In this document: positions 20,330-29,604 of the stretch, in pieces
Layout: every line of letters starts with the position of its first letter
Numbering within the stretch: position 1 is the stretch's first letter
Source of the DNA: Tolypothrix carrinoi HA7290-LM1
GTDB lineage: Bacteria; Cyanobacteriota; Cyanobacteriia; Cyanobacteriales; Nostocaceae
Length of the DNA stretch: 64,000 nucleotides
NCBI GenBank assembly: GCA_019358935.1
Contig: JAHHIK010000013.1
Location: 38,007 to 102,006 of the forward strand
Direction of reading: 5' to 3'
Made by a program: the position numbers and the translations under genes
The notes under the pieces: generated by a model
Seen by the model: the letters and a program-made list of their open reading frames with translations, nothing else
The model's database searches: none
Told to the model about the DNA's origin: nothing

Positions 20330-23002
20330 ATGAACTGCAACGACAACCTTGATGCTGAAGAAATACGCCTTGGGGAAGATGCACGACGAGAGAAAAACTG
20401 GAAGCGCTGGGGACCGTATTTAGCAGAAAGACAGTGGGGAACTGTGCGCGAGGACTATTCGGAAGATGGTTCTAACTGGGATTACTTTCCCCACGAACAA
20501 GCACGCAGTCGCGCTTATCGTTGGGGGGAAGATGGACTTTTGGGAATATGCGATCGCGAAGGTCGTCTTTGTTTTGCGCTGGCTTTGTGGAATGGATGCG
20601 ACCCAATTCTCAAAGAACGCATTTTCGGGTTGACCAACAGTCAGGGAAATCACGGTGAAGATGTTAAAGAATATTACTTTTACCTCGACTCAACACCCAC
20701 CCATTCTTATTTCAAAGCTAATTATAAGTATCCCCAAAGCGAGTTTCCCTACACCCGCTTAATTGAAGAAAATCAGCAGCGCAGCGAATCAGAATCAGAA
20801 TTTGAACTTGTCGATACAAACATTTTTGCTGAAAATCGCTACTTTGACGTTTTTGCGGAATACGCTAAAGCCAGTCCCAACGATATCTTAATTAAAATCA
20901 CCGTTGCCAATCGCGCATCACAAGCGGCTACACTTGACATTTTACCCACAATCTGGTTTAAAAATACTTGGTCTTGGGGTCGCACGGGCGAGAGTTATTG
21001 GTCAAAACCCTGCATCGAGTATAAAAAAGACGGGGAACTTTTGCTTGATCAGGAAAGTTTGGGCAAATTTCATCTTGCAGTTGAACCGTTTTTAGGTAGC
21101 GAACCGCCGAAATTTTTGTTTACCGACAACGAGACAAACGCGGTAAAGCTGTTTAACGCGGCTGAAAATCCCAGTCCTTACGTCAAAGATGCTTTTCACG
21201 ATTATATTGTCGGCGGTATCAAAGATGCTGTCAATCCGGAAATGGTGGGCACGAAAGCAGCCGCACACTACCACCTAGAAATACCAGCAAAGGAAGAAGT
21301 TACAATCAGGTTGCGGCTATTTGCTTTAGACGAAGCACCACAACAGCCATTTGATGAAGACTTTGAGCGGATATTTCAACAACGCATCGACGAAGCAGAA
21401 GAATTTTATCAAAAGCGCGTTTCTTGCAACCTTAGCGAACACGAAAACCGAGTAGTCAGACAAGCTTATGCAGGGTTGCTGTGGTCAAAACAATTTTATC
21501 ATTACGGTGTGAAGCAGTGGTTAGAAGGCGATCCGGCACAACCAGCACCAAAAAGAGAAAAAAACGGACGTAATGTCGATTGGACTGAACTTTACAACCG
21601 TGATATTATTTCCATGCCCGACAAATGGGAGTATCCTTGGTATGCAAGTTGGGATTCAGCCTTTCAGATTGTCGCTTTTGCCAAAATCGATCCAGAGTTT
21701 GCCAAACAGCAGCTAATTTTGTTTCTGCGGGAATGGTATATGCATCCCAACGGACAAATACCAGCTTACGAATTTGACTTTTCGGCGACAAATCCGCCAG
21801 TATTGCCTTGGGCTTGTTGGCGTATTTATAAAATGACTGCTTGTAAGGGTAAGCGCGATCGCATTTTTTTAGCGCGTGTCTTCCAAAAATTTCTGGTTAA
21901 CTTTACTTGGTGGGTGAACCGCAAAGATTCTACCGGTAAAAATATCTTTTCCGGCGGCTTTTTGGGGATGGATAATATCGGAATTTTTGATCGTTCTAAA
22001 CCGCTTCCCACTGGAGGGAATCTTCAACAAGCAGACGGCACCGCTTGGATGGCATTTTACTGCTTAACCATGCTGGCAATGGCGCTGGAACTAGCTGATG
22101 AAGACCCCGCTTATGAAGATATTGCATCGAAGTTTTTTGAACATTTCATCGCCATATCCGATGCAATGAATCGACTCGGTGGGACTGGATTGTGGGACGA
22201 AGAAGACGGCTTTTATTACGATCAGCTTGAGGTGGATGATAAATGTATACCATTGAAAGTGCGATCGCTTGTCGGACTTGTGCTATTTTTTGCCGTTGAA
22301 ACTATCGATTTTCATTTAATCGAGCGTTTACCAGGATTTTCTAAACGAATGCAGTGGTTTATCAAAAATCGCAAAGACGTAACTCAGCACATTTCCTGCA
22401 TGAAAAAAGCGCAGAATCATGGACGCATGTTGTTAGCGATTCCATCTCAAGAACGTTTAGAAAGAGTGCTGCGCTACTTGCTAGATGAAACCGAATTTCT
22501 CTCTAAATATGGCATTCGCTCACTGTCTCGCTATCATTTAGATCATCCTTATATCTTAAAATTTGACCATCAAGAGTATTGTGTCAAGTACCTTCCAGGT
22601 GAATCTAACAGCAGCTTTTTCGGCGGCAATTCCAATTGGCGCGGACCAATTTGGTTTCCCTTAAATTACCTGCTTCTTGAAGCTTTAGAACGTTATTATC
22701 ACTTTTACGGCGACTCTTTAAAAGTTGAATGTCCCACAAATTCCGGACAAATGATGAACCTCTCCCAAGTAGCGGACGAACTGCAAAAGCGATTAACCCA
22801 GATATTTATTCCTGACGAACAAGGACGCTGCCCTTGGCAGGGTAATAATCAATACTTTGCAGACGATCCTCATTGGCGCGACTTAATTCTATTTAACGAG
22901 TACTTCTGTGGCGATTCTGGGCACGGTTTGGGAGCAAATCATCAAACCGGCTGGACAGCATTAATTGCCCGTTTATTAGAAGATATTGGCTGTAAAAGAT
23001 AA
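20330..23002 (+). CDS. Glycoside hydrolase family 63 (MGH1-like glucosidase)
   Basis: WGPYLAERQWGTVREDYS, MPDKWEYPWYASWD, NWRGPIW, HQTGWT. Confidence 0.88.
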   Translation: MNCNDNLDAEEIRLGEDARREKNWKRWGPYLAERQWGTVREDYSEDGSNWDYFPHEQARSRAYRWGEDGLLGICDREGRLCFALALWNGCDPILKERIFGLTNSQGNHGEDVKEYYFYLDSTPTHSYFKANYKYPQSEFPYTRLIEENQQRSESESEFELVDTNIFAENRYFDVFAEYAKASPNDILIKITVANRASQAATLDILPTIWFKNTWSWGRTGESYWSKPCIEYKKDGELLLDQESLGKFHLAVEPFLGSEPPKFLFTDNETNAVKLFNAAENPSPYVKDAFHDYIVGGIKDAVNPEMVGTKAAAHYHLEIPAKEEVTIRLRLFALDEAPQQPFDEDFERIFQQRIDEAEEFYQKRVSCNLSEHENRVVRQAYAGLLWSKQFYHYGVKQWLEGDPAQPAPKREKNGRNVDWTELYNRDIISMPDKWEYPWYASWDSAFQIVAFAKIDPEFAKQQLILFLREWYMHPNGQIPAYEFDFSATNPPVLPWACWRIYKMTACKGKRDRIFLARVFQKFLVNFTWWVNRKDSTGKNIFSGGFLGMDNIGIFDRSKPLPTGGNLQQADGTAWMAFYCLTMLAMALELADEDPAYEDIASKFFEHFIAISDAMNRLGGTGLWDEEDGFYYDQLEVDDKCIPLKVRSLVGLVLFFAVETIDFHLIERLPGFSKRMQWFIKNRKDVTQHISCMKKAQNHGRMLLAIPSQERLERVLRYLLDETEFLSKYGIRSLSRYHLDHPYILKFDHQEYCVKYLPGESNSSFFGGNSNWRGPIWFPLNYLLLEALERYYHFYGDSLKVECPTNSGQMMNLSQVADELQKRLTQIFIPDEQGRCPWQGNNQYFADDPHWRDLILFNEYFCGDSGHGLGANHQTGWTALIARLLEDIGCKR

Positions 23003-23007
23003 AACAT

Positions 23008-23345
23008 TTGGGCATGGGGCATTGGGCATGGGGCATGGGGCATGGGGCATTGGGCATTGGGCATGGGGCATTGGGCATGGGGCATGGGGCATGGGGCATG
23101 GGGCATGGGGCATGGGGCATGGGGCATTGGGCATGGGGCATTGGTAATAATTCTTTCCCCTTTTCCCTTTCACGGCGGATGCTCCACTTGGGGAGCCACC
23201 CCCGTGAAAGGGTTTCCCGACTTGAGGGGAGTGGCGTGAAACCCCAAGACCGCACCGCCTCCCCTTTTCCCCTCTTCAAAAAGCCCATTGCCCAATGCCC
23301 AATGCCCATTGCCCATTGCCCAATGCCCAATGCCCAATGCCCATT
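23008..23345. repeat. Inverted STRR arrays (GGGCAT[G/T] / ATGCCCA) with nested 45-nt elements at 23172-23261
   Basis: Directly visible between convergent genes. Confidence 0.85.
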
Positions 23346-23353
23346 CACCCTTA

Positions 23354-24289
23354 TTACCAAAACATTCGATTCAAAAAGTGACGTAATAACTTTGGTTCTT
23401 CTGGTTCATGATAATCTTTTGGCAACAAAGCAAGCAGCGCTGCTTGCAATTCATCCAAGACAGCTTGTATTTCTTTCGACTTTGGTCGATGAGATTCAGG
23501 AAAAATTAACGCTTCACCAAAACGCAGAGTTAATTCTTTTCTCAAATACAAATCTTGACAACCGATGAGCGCTACAGGTACAATCGGCACGCCAGAACGT
23601 AAAGCATAAATTGCCGCACCACGCTTGAGGGGTAGTTGCAATTCACCTTCAACGCTGCCAAGTCTCCCCTCTGGAAACAAAATAATTCCATCTCCACAAG
23701 CAAAAATGCCTTGGACGATGCGATCTAAGCGTCGCAGTGTCTCTATAGAATTGCCTTGAGGGACATATTGTTGAATATCATCTGCCAATTCAGCTAAATC
23801 TGAACGTCCTGCTTTTGCACCTGAAATCACTGCAATTTCTTCTTTCCAAATGCGTTCTAGGGGAATTACTCCTTTAGCTAAACGCATAATTAAACGTTTC
23901 CACCAATTGTTGTAAAGTGTGCGGGCGTCGCCCAAAATATGGTAATAGGGGTTTGCAGGCAACTCTGATAGTAGGAGAAATGGATCGATGTGGTTGAGAT
24001 GATTAGCGGCAATCAGCGCGGGTGTTTGAGGAATGCGTTCGGGAAATTCAACTTTAATTTGAAAAAGAGCGTGAATTATAGTTCGCAACAGTTTTCGTCG
24101 CACCTCACCGCTGATTTTCTCCTCTGCACCACCTTCTGCTGAGAGTAACGCTTCAGCGATCGCCTCATTAGCGCGATCGTTGCGTGCGTAAGCAACACCC
24201 TCTCTCGCTCGTTGAATTGTTGCTTTTGTCAGTGGTGGTAAAACAAGTTCTGGATGAGGAGTTGATTGATCTGGTGAGGTGGATTTCAT
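23354..24289 (-). CDS. Lysophospholipid acyltransferase (PlsC-like)
   Basis: ANHLNHIDP (NHxxxxD), FPEG, VPIVPV. Confidence 0.85.
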   Translation of the reverse strand: MKSTSPDQSTPHPELVLPPLTKATIQRAREGVAYARNDRANEAIAEALLSAEGGAEEKISGEVRRKLLRTIIHALFQIKVEFPERIPQTPALIAANHLNHIDPFLLLSELPANPYYHILGDARTLYNNWWKRLIMRLAKGVIPLERIWKEEIAVISGAKAGRSDLAELADDIQQYVPQGNSIETLRRLDRIVQGIFACGDGIILFPEGRLGSVEGELQLPLKRGAAIYALRSGVPIVPVALIGCQDLYLRKELTLRFGEALIFPESHRPKSKEIQAVLDELQAALLALLPKDYHEPEEPKLLRHFLNRMFW

Positions 24290-24478
24290 TTCTCTATTCT
24301 CAAATTAGAATTTAATGTGAGCTGTCGAGAGGAGACTGGTGAAAACTGATGTTTGGCGATTAAATTAATTTAACGAACCGCAGAGTACGCAGGGGACGCA
24401 GAGAGATAAGAGGAGCGTTCTTTGTTTTTGCGCTCATTCCTATAATTAATAGTTTACTTTGTTTGCGCCACAAAAAGA

Positions 24479-25213
24479 TTACAGCATTTTTTCGAGAAAT
24501 TGCTTTGCGCGATCGCACTGCGGATTTTGGAAAAATTCGCTTGGTGTGGTATCTTCTGCTATACTTCCTCGGTCGAGAAACATAATTCGACTGGCTACTT
24601 CTCTAGCGAATCCCATTTCATGAGTTACAATCGCCATCGTGATTTCTAATTGTGCCAAACCTTTCATCACGTCTAACACATCTTTGACCATTTCTGGATC
24701 TAAAGCTGAGGTTGGTTCATCAAACAAAATCATTTCCGGTTCCATCGCTAATGCACGAGCGATCGCAACTCGTTGTTTTTGTCCTCCAGATAATTTAGAT
24801 GGGTAAACATCGGCTTTTTCTGCCAAACCCACTTTGTCAAGTAACTCTAATCCTTTCTGTTTTGCTTGTTGCTTATCAACTTTTTTCACTTTAATCGGTG
24901 CATAAGTGACATTTTGCAACACCGTCATGTGAGGAAACAAATTGAAGTGTTGAAACACCATTACTAAAGAAGAGCGAACTTTGAGAATATTTGTCTTAGA
25001 GTTGGTAATTTCTTGTTCATTAAAGTAAACTCGTCCTTTCGTCGGACGTTCCAGCAAATTCATACATCGGAGAAAAGTAGACTTACCCGAACCCGAAGGA
25101 CCAAGAATAGCGACTACTTCACCTTGATAAATCTCCGTCGAAATATCTTTGAGAACATCGAGTTTCCCAAAAGATTTACATAAAAATTCCGTGCGAATTA
25201 CAACTTGATTCAT
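24479..25213 (-). CDS. Polar amino-acid ABC transporter ATP-binding protein
   Basis: [34 protein letters not shown]; start MNQVVIRTE (upstream ORF part is STRR). Confidence 0.92.
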   Translation of the reverse strand: MNQVVIRTEFLCKSFGKLDVLKDISTEIYQGEVVAILGPSGSGKSTFLRCMNLLERPTKGRVYFNEQEITNSKTNILKVRSSLVMVFQHFNLFPHMTVLQNVTYAPIKVKKVDKQQAKQKGLELLDKVGLAEKADVYPSKLSGGQKQRVAIARALAMEPEMILFDEPTSALDPEMVKDVLDVMKGLAQLEITMAIVTHEMGFAREVASRIMFLDRGSIAEDTTPSEFFQNPQCDRAKQFLEKML

Positions 25214-25220
25214 ATTATTA

Positions 25221-25440
25221 GGGCATTGGGAATTGGGCATTGGGCATTGGGCATTGGGCATTGGGCATTGGGCATTGGGAATTGGGCATTGGGCATTGGG
25301 CAATGGGCAATGGGCAATGGGCATTGGGCAATGGGCAATGGGCAATGGGCTTTTCCCTTTCCCCTTTCCCCTTTCCCCTTTCCCCTTTCCCCCTTTTTAA
25401 AATCCCCATGCCCAATGCCCCATGCCCCATGCCCAATTAC
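25221..25440. repeat. STRR arrays (GGGCATT, TTTCCCC, ATGCCCC) inside the ABC operon spacer
   Basis: Directly visible. Confidence 0.85.
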
Positions 25441-25442
25441 CA

Positions 25443-26927
25443 TTACTCACTTCGCCTTAATCTTGTTTCTAAAGCAGAAGCACCAAAAGTCAAACCCATG
25501 ACTAAAACATAGTAAATCAATCCTGCAAACAACAACGGCTCAAAGTAGATATATTTATTTGCGCCGATAATTTGAGCGCTGCGTAAAATTTCCACCACAC
25601 CAATCGTTGACACCAATGCCGAATCTTTTAATAGTCCGATAGTTTCATTTACCAAAGCTGGTAAAATGTTCTTTAAAGCTTGGGGTAAAATTACATCCCA
25701 CATCATCAACCAGTAAGAAACACCCATTGACATCGCTGCTTCACTTTGTCCTTTATCTACTGCTTGAATTCCTCCGCGAATAGTTTCTGACATGTAGGCG
25801 CCAGAGTTGAGGGTAAAAGTTAGCACACCCGCTTGCAATGCGGAAATATCATAACCTGTAAGTTGAGGCGTTGCGTAGTAAACTAAAGTTAATTGTAAAA
25901 GCAGCGGAGTGCCTCGAAATACAGAGGTGTAGGCATTAGCAAATAAAGTCAGCGGCTTGATGTCGGCAATTTTGAATAAGGATAATACAGTCCCCCAAAT
26001 TAAACCTAAAAATACTGAGCAGAAAGTGAACAAAAGTGTTAACGGTATTCCCTGAAGAATAAAGGGAATGTCGGGAAGGATTCTGCTAAAGTCGAGATTC
26101 AGTCCGGTTTTGGGTGCGGGTGCTGATGAGGATGCGGCAGTGTTTTGAGAAAACCATTTGGTTGCTAATTGCTGTATTTCACCTTTATCCTTCATTTGCT
26201 GAAGAACTTTGTTGAAAGGTTCAACTAAAGCAGAGTTTTTCGGGAAAGCGATCGCCGATCCACTTCCCTCCTCTGAAGGAATGGTGTTAAATTCTAAATC
26301 TGGATTAGCTTGCGCGAATCCCTTGGCAACGGTATCCTCAACAATAGCCGCATCAATTCGCCGCGATTTAATTTCCTGAATTGCTTCCGGCACTTTGTTG
26401 AGTTGTTTTAACTGGACACCTGTAACTTTTTGGGCAATTTTCTTCGCATTTGTTTCTTGAATTGTCCCCAATTGTACGCCGACTGTTTTACCTGCTAGGT
26501 CTTGGGGTTGCTTCAGGTTGCTATTTTTCGGCGCGACAATCGTATCTTTGGCTTGGTAATAGATAATCGAGAAATCAGCGTTTTTCTTGCGTTCTGGAGT
26601 CGGAGTCATCCCAGCCATGACAAAATCAGCCCGATTTGCTTGCAGTGCGGGAATTAAACCGTTAAAATCCGACTCCATCACCTTGAGTTTAAATTTGAGT
26701 TCTTTGGCAATAGTATTCGCAATATCAACATCAAAGCCAACGATTTTCCGTTCTCCTCCCTGAGTGTCGTAATACTCGTAGGGAGGATAATCGGGTGAAG
26801 TAATCAACGTCAGCGTATCTTTCCCCACAGACGAAGCTTGTAGAGGATTGCTGTAACTCGTAACGATGCTAATTGCCAGCATTGCCGCAAACAGCACCGT
26901 AAATAGTAAAGCTTTGCGTTTCTTCAT
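25443..26927 (-). CDS. Fused amino-acid ABC substrate-binding and permease protein
   Basis: Signal-like N-terminus [50 protein letters not shown]. Confidence 0.9.
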   Translation of the reverse strand: MKKRKALLFTVLFAAMLAISIVTSYSNPLQASSVGKDTLTLITSPDYPPYEYYDTQGGERKIVGFDVDIANTIAKELKFKLKVMESDFNGLIPALQANRADFVMAGMTPTPERKKNADFSIIYYQAKDTIVAPKNSNLKQPQDLAGKTVGVQLGTIQETNAKKIAQKVTGVQLKQLNKVPEAIQEIKSRRIDAAIVEDTVAKGFAQANPDLEFNTIPSEEGSGSAIAFPKNSALVEPFNKVLQQMKDKGEIQQLATKWFSQNTAASSSAPAPKTGLNLDFSRILPDIPFILQGIPLTLLFTFCSVFLGLIWGTVLSLFKIADIKPLTLFANAYTSVFRGTPLLLQLTLVYYATPQLTGYDISALQAGVLTFTLNSGAYMSETIRGGIQAVDKGQSEAAMSMGVSYWLMMWDVILPQALKNILPALVNETIGLLKDSALVSTIGVVEILRSAQIIGANKYIYFEPLLFAGLIYYVLVMGLTFGASALETRLRRSE

Positions 26928-27042
26928 TTTTTGTAGATGCACTTTTAGCCGACATAAGGGTAACTCTTTTTTGGTAGGAATGGGCAGTGGGGAATTGGGC
27001 CCTATCGCATGGGGCATAGGGCATAGGGCATGGGGCATGGGG

Positions 27043-27146
27043 GAGGCAGTGCGTTGCGGAGGTCACGAACGTTGTAGCACCTGCCGTCATGGGGCATGGG
27101 GGAGGCAGTGCGTTGCGGAGGTCACGAACGTTGTAGCACCTGCCGT
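27043..27146 (+). mobile_element. Two identical 45-nt small dispersed elements (27043-27087, 27102-27146)
   Basis: GAGGCAGTGCGTTGCGGAGGTCACGAACGTTGTAGCACCTGCCGT twice within GGGGCAT repeats. Confidence 0.7.
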
Positions 27147-27241
27147 CATTGGGCATGGAAATTCTGAAACTTATTTTTATTCCCCTTTCCCTTTTCCCCT
27201 TTCCCAATGCCCATTGCCCAATGCTCAATTCCCCTTTATAT

Positions 27242-27316
27242 AAAAAAAGCCCTCTTGCTAGTTACCCGACAAGAGAGCAGAAGTGTTCTGTGAGGAGCAA
27301 ACTGGACGTTTGCTTA
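27242..27316 (-). ncRNA. Candidate Yfr1-like small RNA, copy 1
   Basis: 5' hairpin AGCAAAC/GTTTGCT, linker CTCCTCACAGAACAC, terminator GCTCTCTTG/CAAGAGGGC plus T7; TAAACT -10-like box upstream. Confidence 0.55.
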
Positions 27317-27500
27317 ACATAAGTTTAGCGAAAGAATGAGATAGGCGAGCAATTATTTTGAGCGATCGCCTTGCCAACCTGAGAAAGCCTATGGTGGAAA
27401 TGCGATTCTTGAGGAATTCGTAGTAAGCGTTTCCCCAGTCCCTAATCCCCAGTCCCCAGTATCCTAACAGTTGTACATCTTCATCAAAGGAACCCAACAA

Positions 27501-28367
27501 ATGACAATGACGCTTATCCAGGGCAACTTTAGAATCGTAAAAACTGCACCTGATGGCGATTCTATCCGCTTTTATCCCCACAACCCCGAATTGTGGAAGA
27601 AATTGCAGACACCAGTCAGCACCAACCGCTCAGGAGGTGCCCAGCTGCGTTTGGATGCGATCGATGCTTTGGAAACACATTATCGCCCGAAAATGGGTAG
27701 TATAGGCATACAACACCAACCTGCGGAATTTGCTGATGCTGCTGCCGGCGAACTGTTAAAATTTTTGGGATTTCAAAATGTTACCCGTGGTTCCAATCAA
27801 GTAATTACTGCCGCAGAACCCGAAGAAATACCTGGTTTCATCCTCACCCGTTTTGCAGACACGTATGGCAGAGCTGTAGCTTTTGTTTTTAAAGGCAATT
27901 CCGAAGAAGAAGATGGCAGCAACATTCACTTTGACAAATCTTTACTAAAAAAGAGCGCAAATTCTCATCTCTTAGCTAAAGGGTTAGTTTACCCTACCTT
28001 TTACTCGAAGTTATATCCTGATATTCGCAAGCAATTAATTGCTGTCACCGAAAAAGCCCGTAGTGATAAAAAGGGTTTATGGGCATCAGATAAAACTAAT
28101 AAAGGTTTTCTCTTGGAAGAGTTAGAAACTATCACCGACAAAGTTGTTATTTTACCAAAACTGTTTCGCCGACTGCTTGATTATCTCGGTATTAATGATG
28201 GTAGTGTAGCTCTAGACGGATTTATCAGCTTTCTGGAATCTAAGAAAGATAAAGTGATAATTCTCCCAGATAGTCATGTTACCGGATTTGATTTTGTGGT
28301 GAAAGTCGATGGTCAAAATATCAAATTAACTGTTCAACCTGAAGATTTAGTTTTTATGGAGAAATAA
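27501..28367 (+). CDS. Thermonuclease (SNase-like) family protein
   Basis: PDGDSIRF, LRLDAIDALE, DTYGRAVAFV motifs. Confidence 0.75.
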   Translation: MTMTLIQGNFRIVKTAPDGDSIRFYPHNPELWKKLQTPVSTNRSGGAQLRLDAIDALETHYRPKMGSIGIQHQPAEFADAAAGELLKFLGFQNVTRGSNQVITAAEPEEIPGFILTRFADTYGRAVAFVFKGNSEEEDGSNIHFDKSLLKKSANSHLLAKGLVYPTFYSKLYPDIRKQLIAVTEKARSDKKGLWASDKTNKGFLLEELETITDKVVILPKLFRRLLDYLGINDGSVALDGFISFLESKKDKVIILPDSHVTGFDFVVKVDGQNIKLTVQPEDLVFMEK

Positions 28368-28407
28368 ATATAGCAATCCCCAAACCTGAGAAACCCGGTT
28401 TCTCAAA

Positions 28408-28923
28408 TTAATCAAAAGTATCAATAATACAGTGAGAGATATGGGCATCGAATCTACTTAAAGCATTCCATGTCCGATATCCAATGATGCCGTTGGGTTG
28501 TTGATAGCGCGATGCCTGAAAAGCTTGTATTGCTTCAGTTGTTTTCGCGCCAAAGATGCCATCGACTTCACCAGAATAATATTTACCATTTTTCAGTGCG
28601 TGCTGAACTGCTTTCACCAGGGAACCGCTACTTCCTTGACTTAATTCTGGCAGACTATTTGCACCTTCACACAAATATGCCCAGGTATTTTTTCCGACAA
28701 TACCATCTGTTTTGAGGAAGGCAAGACACTGAAAATATTTAACAGCATCTTGGGTTTGTTCTTCAAAGTGACTTGTGACAAGAACTTGTAGAGGATAATC
28801 TGATAAAGTATCCAGTTCTGCAAGCCGCTGGTTTAATGCTTTTTGCATTTCTTTGACAAATTGACTACTTGCACCTAATTGCAAGGTAGGTCGATTGGTA
28901 GGACATTTAATTGCAGTAGACAT
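28408..28923 (-). CDS. Peptidoglycan-binding domain protein (two PG_binding_1 repeats)
   Basis: VKEMQKAL...DGIVGKNTW and VDGIFGAKTTEAIQAFQ...NGIIGYRTW. Confidence 0.85.
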   Translation of the reverse strand: MSTAIKCPTNRPTLQLGASSQFVKEMQKALNQRLAELDTLSDYPLQVLVTSHFEEQTQDAVKYFQCLAFLKTDGIVGKNTWAYLCEGANSLPELSQGSSGSLVKAVQHALKNGKYYSGEVDGIFGAKTTEAIQAFQASRYQQPNGIIGYRTWNALSRFDAHISHCIIDTFD

Positions 28924-29113
28924 CCTCTGTAATTCTCTTTAAATATTTGTTGGTTACAGAATAAATTCAAACAATTCAACACGGATTACGGAATCCGATG
29001 AGTATTATTTTGAAAATAAGGAAAAAGCGAAAAATTAGGCGATATTTATGGTGATTAATTGCCATAAATATCTTTCCTTCTTTTTATACCAGTAATATAG
29101 TAACTTTGGACAC

Positions 29114-29188
29114 AAAAAAAACTCTCTTATTATTTACTTAACAAGAGAGCAACGGTATGGTGTGAGGACGAAACTAATGTTTTCGTTA
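29114..29188 (-). ncRNA. Candidate Yfr1-like small RNA, copy 2
   Basis: 5' hairpin ACGAAA/TTTCGT, linker TCCTCACACCATAC, terminator GCTCTCTTGTTA/TAATAAGAGAGT plus T run; colinear homology to copy 1. Confidence 0.55.
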
Positions 29189-29323
29189 ATACCAGCGTCC
29201 AGCAGGCGATATGTTCGCGTAGCGTCTCCGCAAGGAGAAGGTTGAGTGACAATCTTGTGACAATCCTGCGTAGAAGAGGAGGGGGGGAGTGGGGGATGGG
29301 GAGAGGGGGGACGCATAAAGGTA

Positions 29324-29462
29324 AGAAAAACGAGCAACCTTACTCAAACCGAGCGGGAAAAATGTATCAAACATTATACTGAATATCTCTATTCCCGCTC
29401 GGGAAGAAGTGCGAGATCCGCAGGCTGTAGCGTATATCTGTGAAAAGGTTGCTCGTTTTTCT
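29324..29462. other. Structured element: 18-bp perfect outer inverted repeat enclosing 11-bp and 4-bp hairpins
   Basis: AGAAAAACGAGCAACCTT / AAGGTTGCTCGTTTTTCT; CCGAGCGGGAA / TTCCCGCTCGG. Confidence 0.6.
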
Positions 29463-29488
29463 CTCTTTTTTTCCACGGGAGAGTTCTT

Positions 29489-29590
29489 GGGATGGGGAGA
29501 CAAGGAAGACAAGGGAGACAAGGAAGACGAAAAGACAAACTCCTCTGCCCCCTGCCCCCTGCAAGAGTGCCCCCTGCAAGAGTGCCCCCT
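29489..29590. repeat. GACAAGG-type repeat plus 15-bp CCCCCTGCAAGAGTG units; inverted copy at 33185-33285
   Basis: 55-nt perfect reverse-complement match between 29489-29543 and 33231-33285. Confidence 0.85.
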
Positions 29591-29604
29591 CTTAAAAAAG
29601 CCCA

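Noticed and set aside
22893..23568. MPHAPCP / GHGAWGM-repeat ORFs (also near 6 kb, 13 kb, 25 kb, 27 kb, 32.5 kb)
   Set aside because: Translations of heptameric STRR arrays; N-terminal extensions from such repeats were trimmed from real genes.
27258..27320. Leader peptide MLSKRPVCSSQNTSALLSGN as attenuator of the ABC operon
   Set aside because: No run of regulatory codons, and the homologous unit at 29114-29188 has no such ORF.
29324..29462. Retron msr-msd
   Set aside because: The outer inverted repeat fits, but there is no reverse transcriptase in the window and no branching G next to the repeat.
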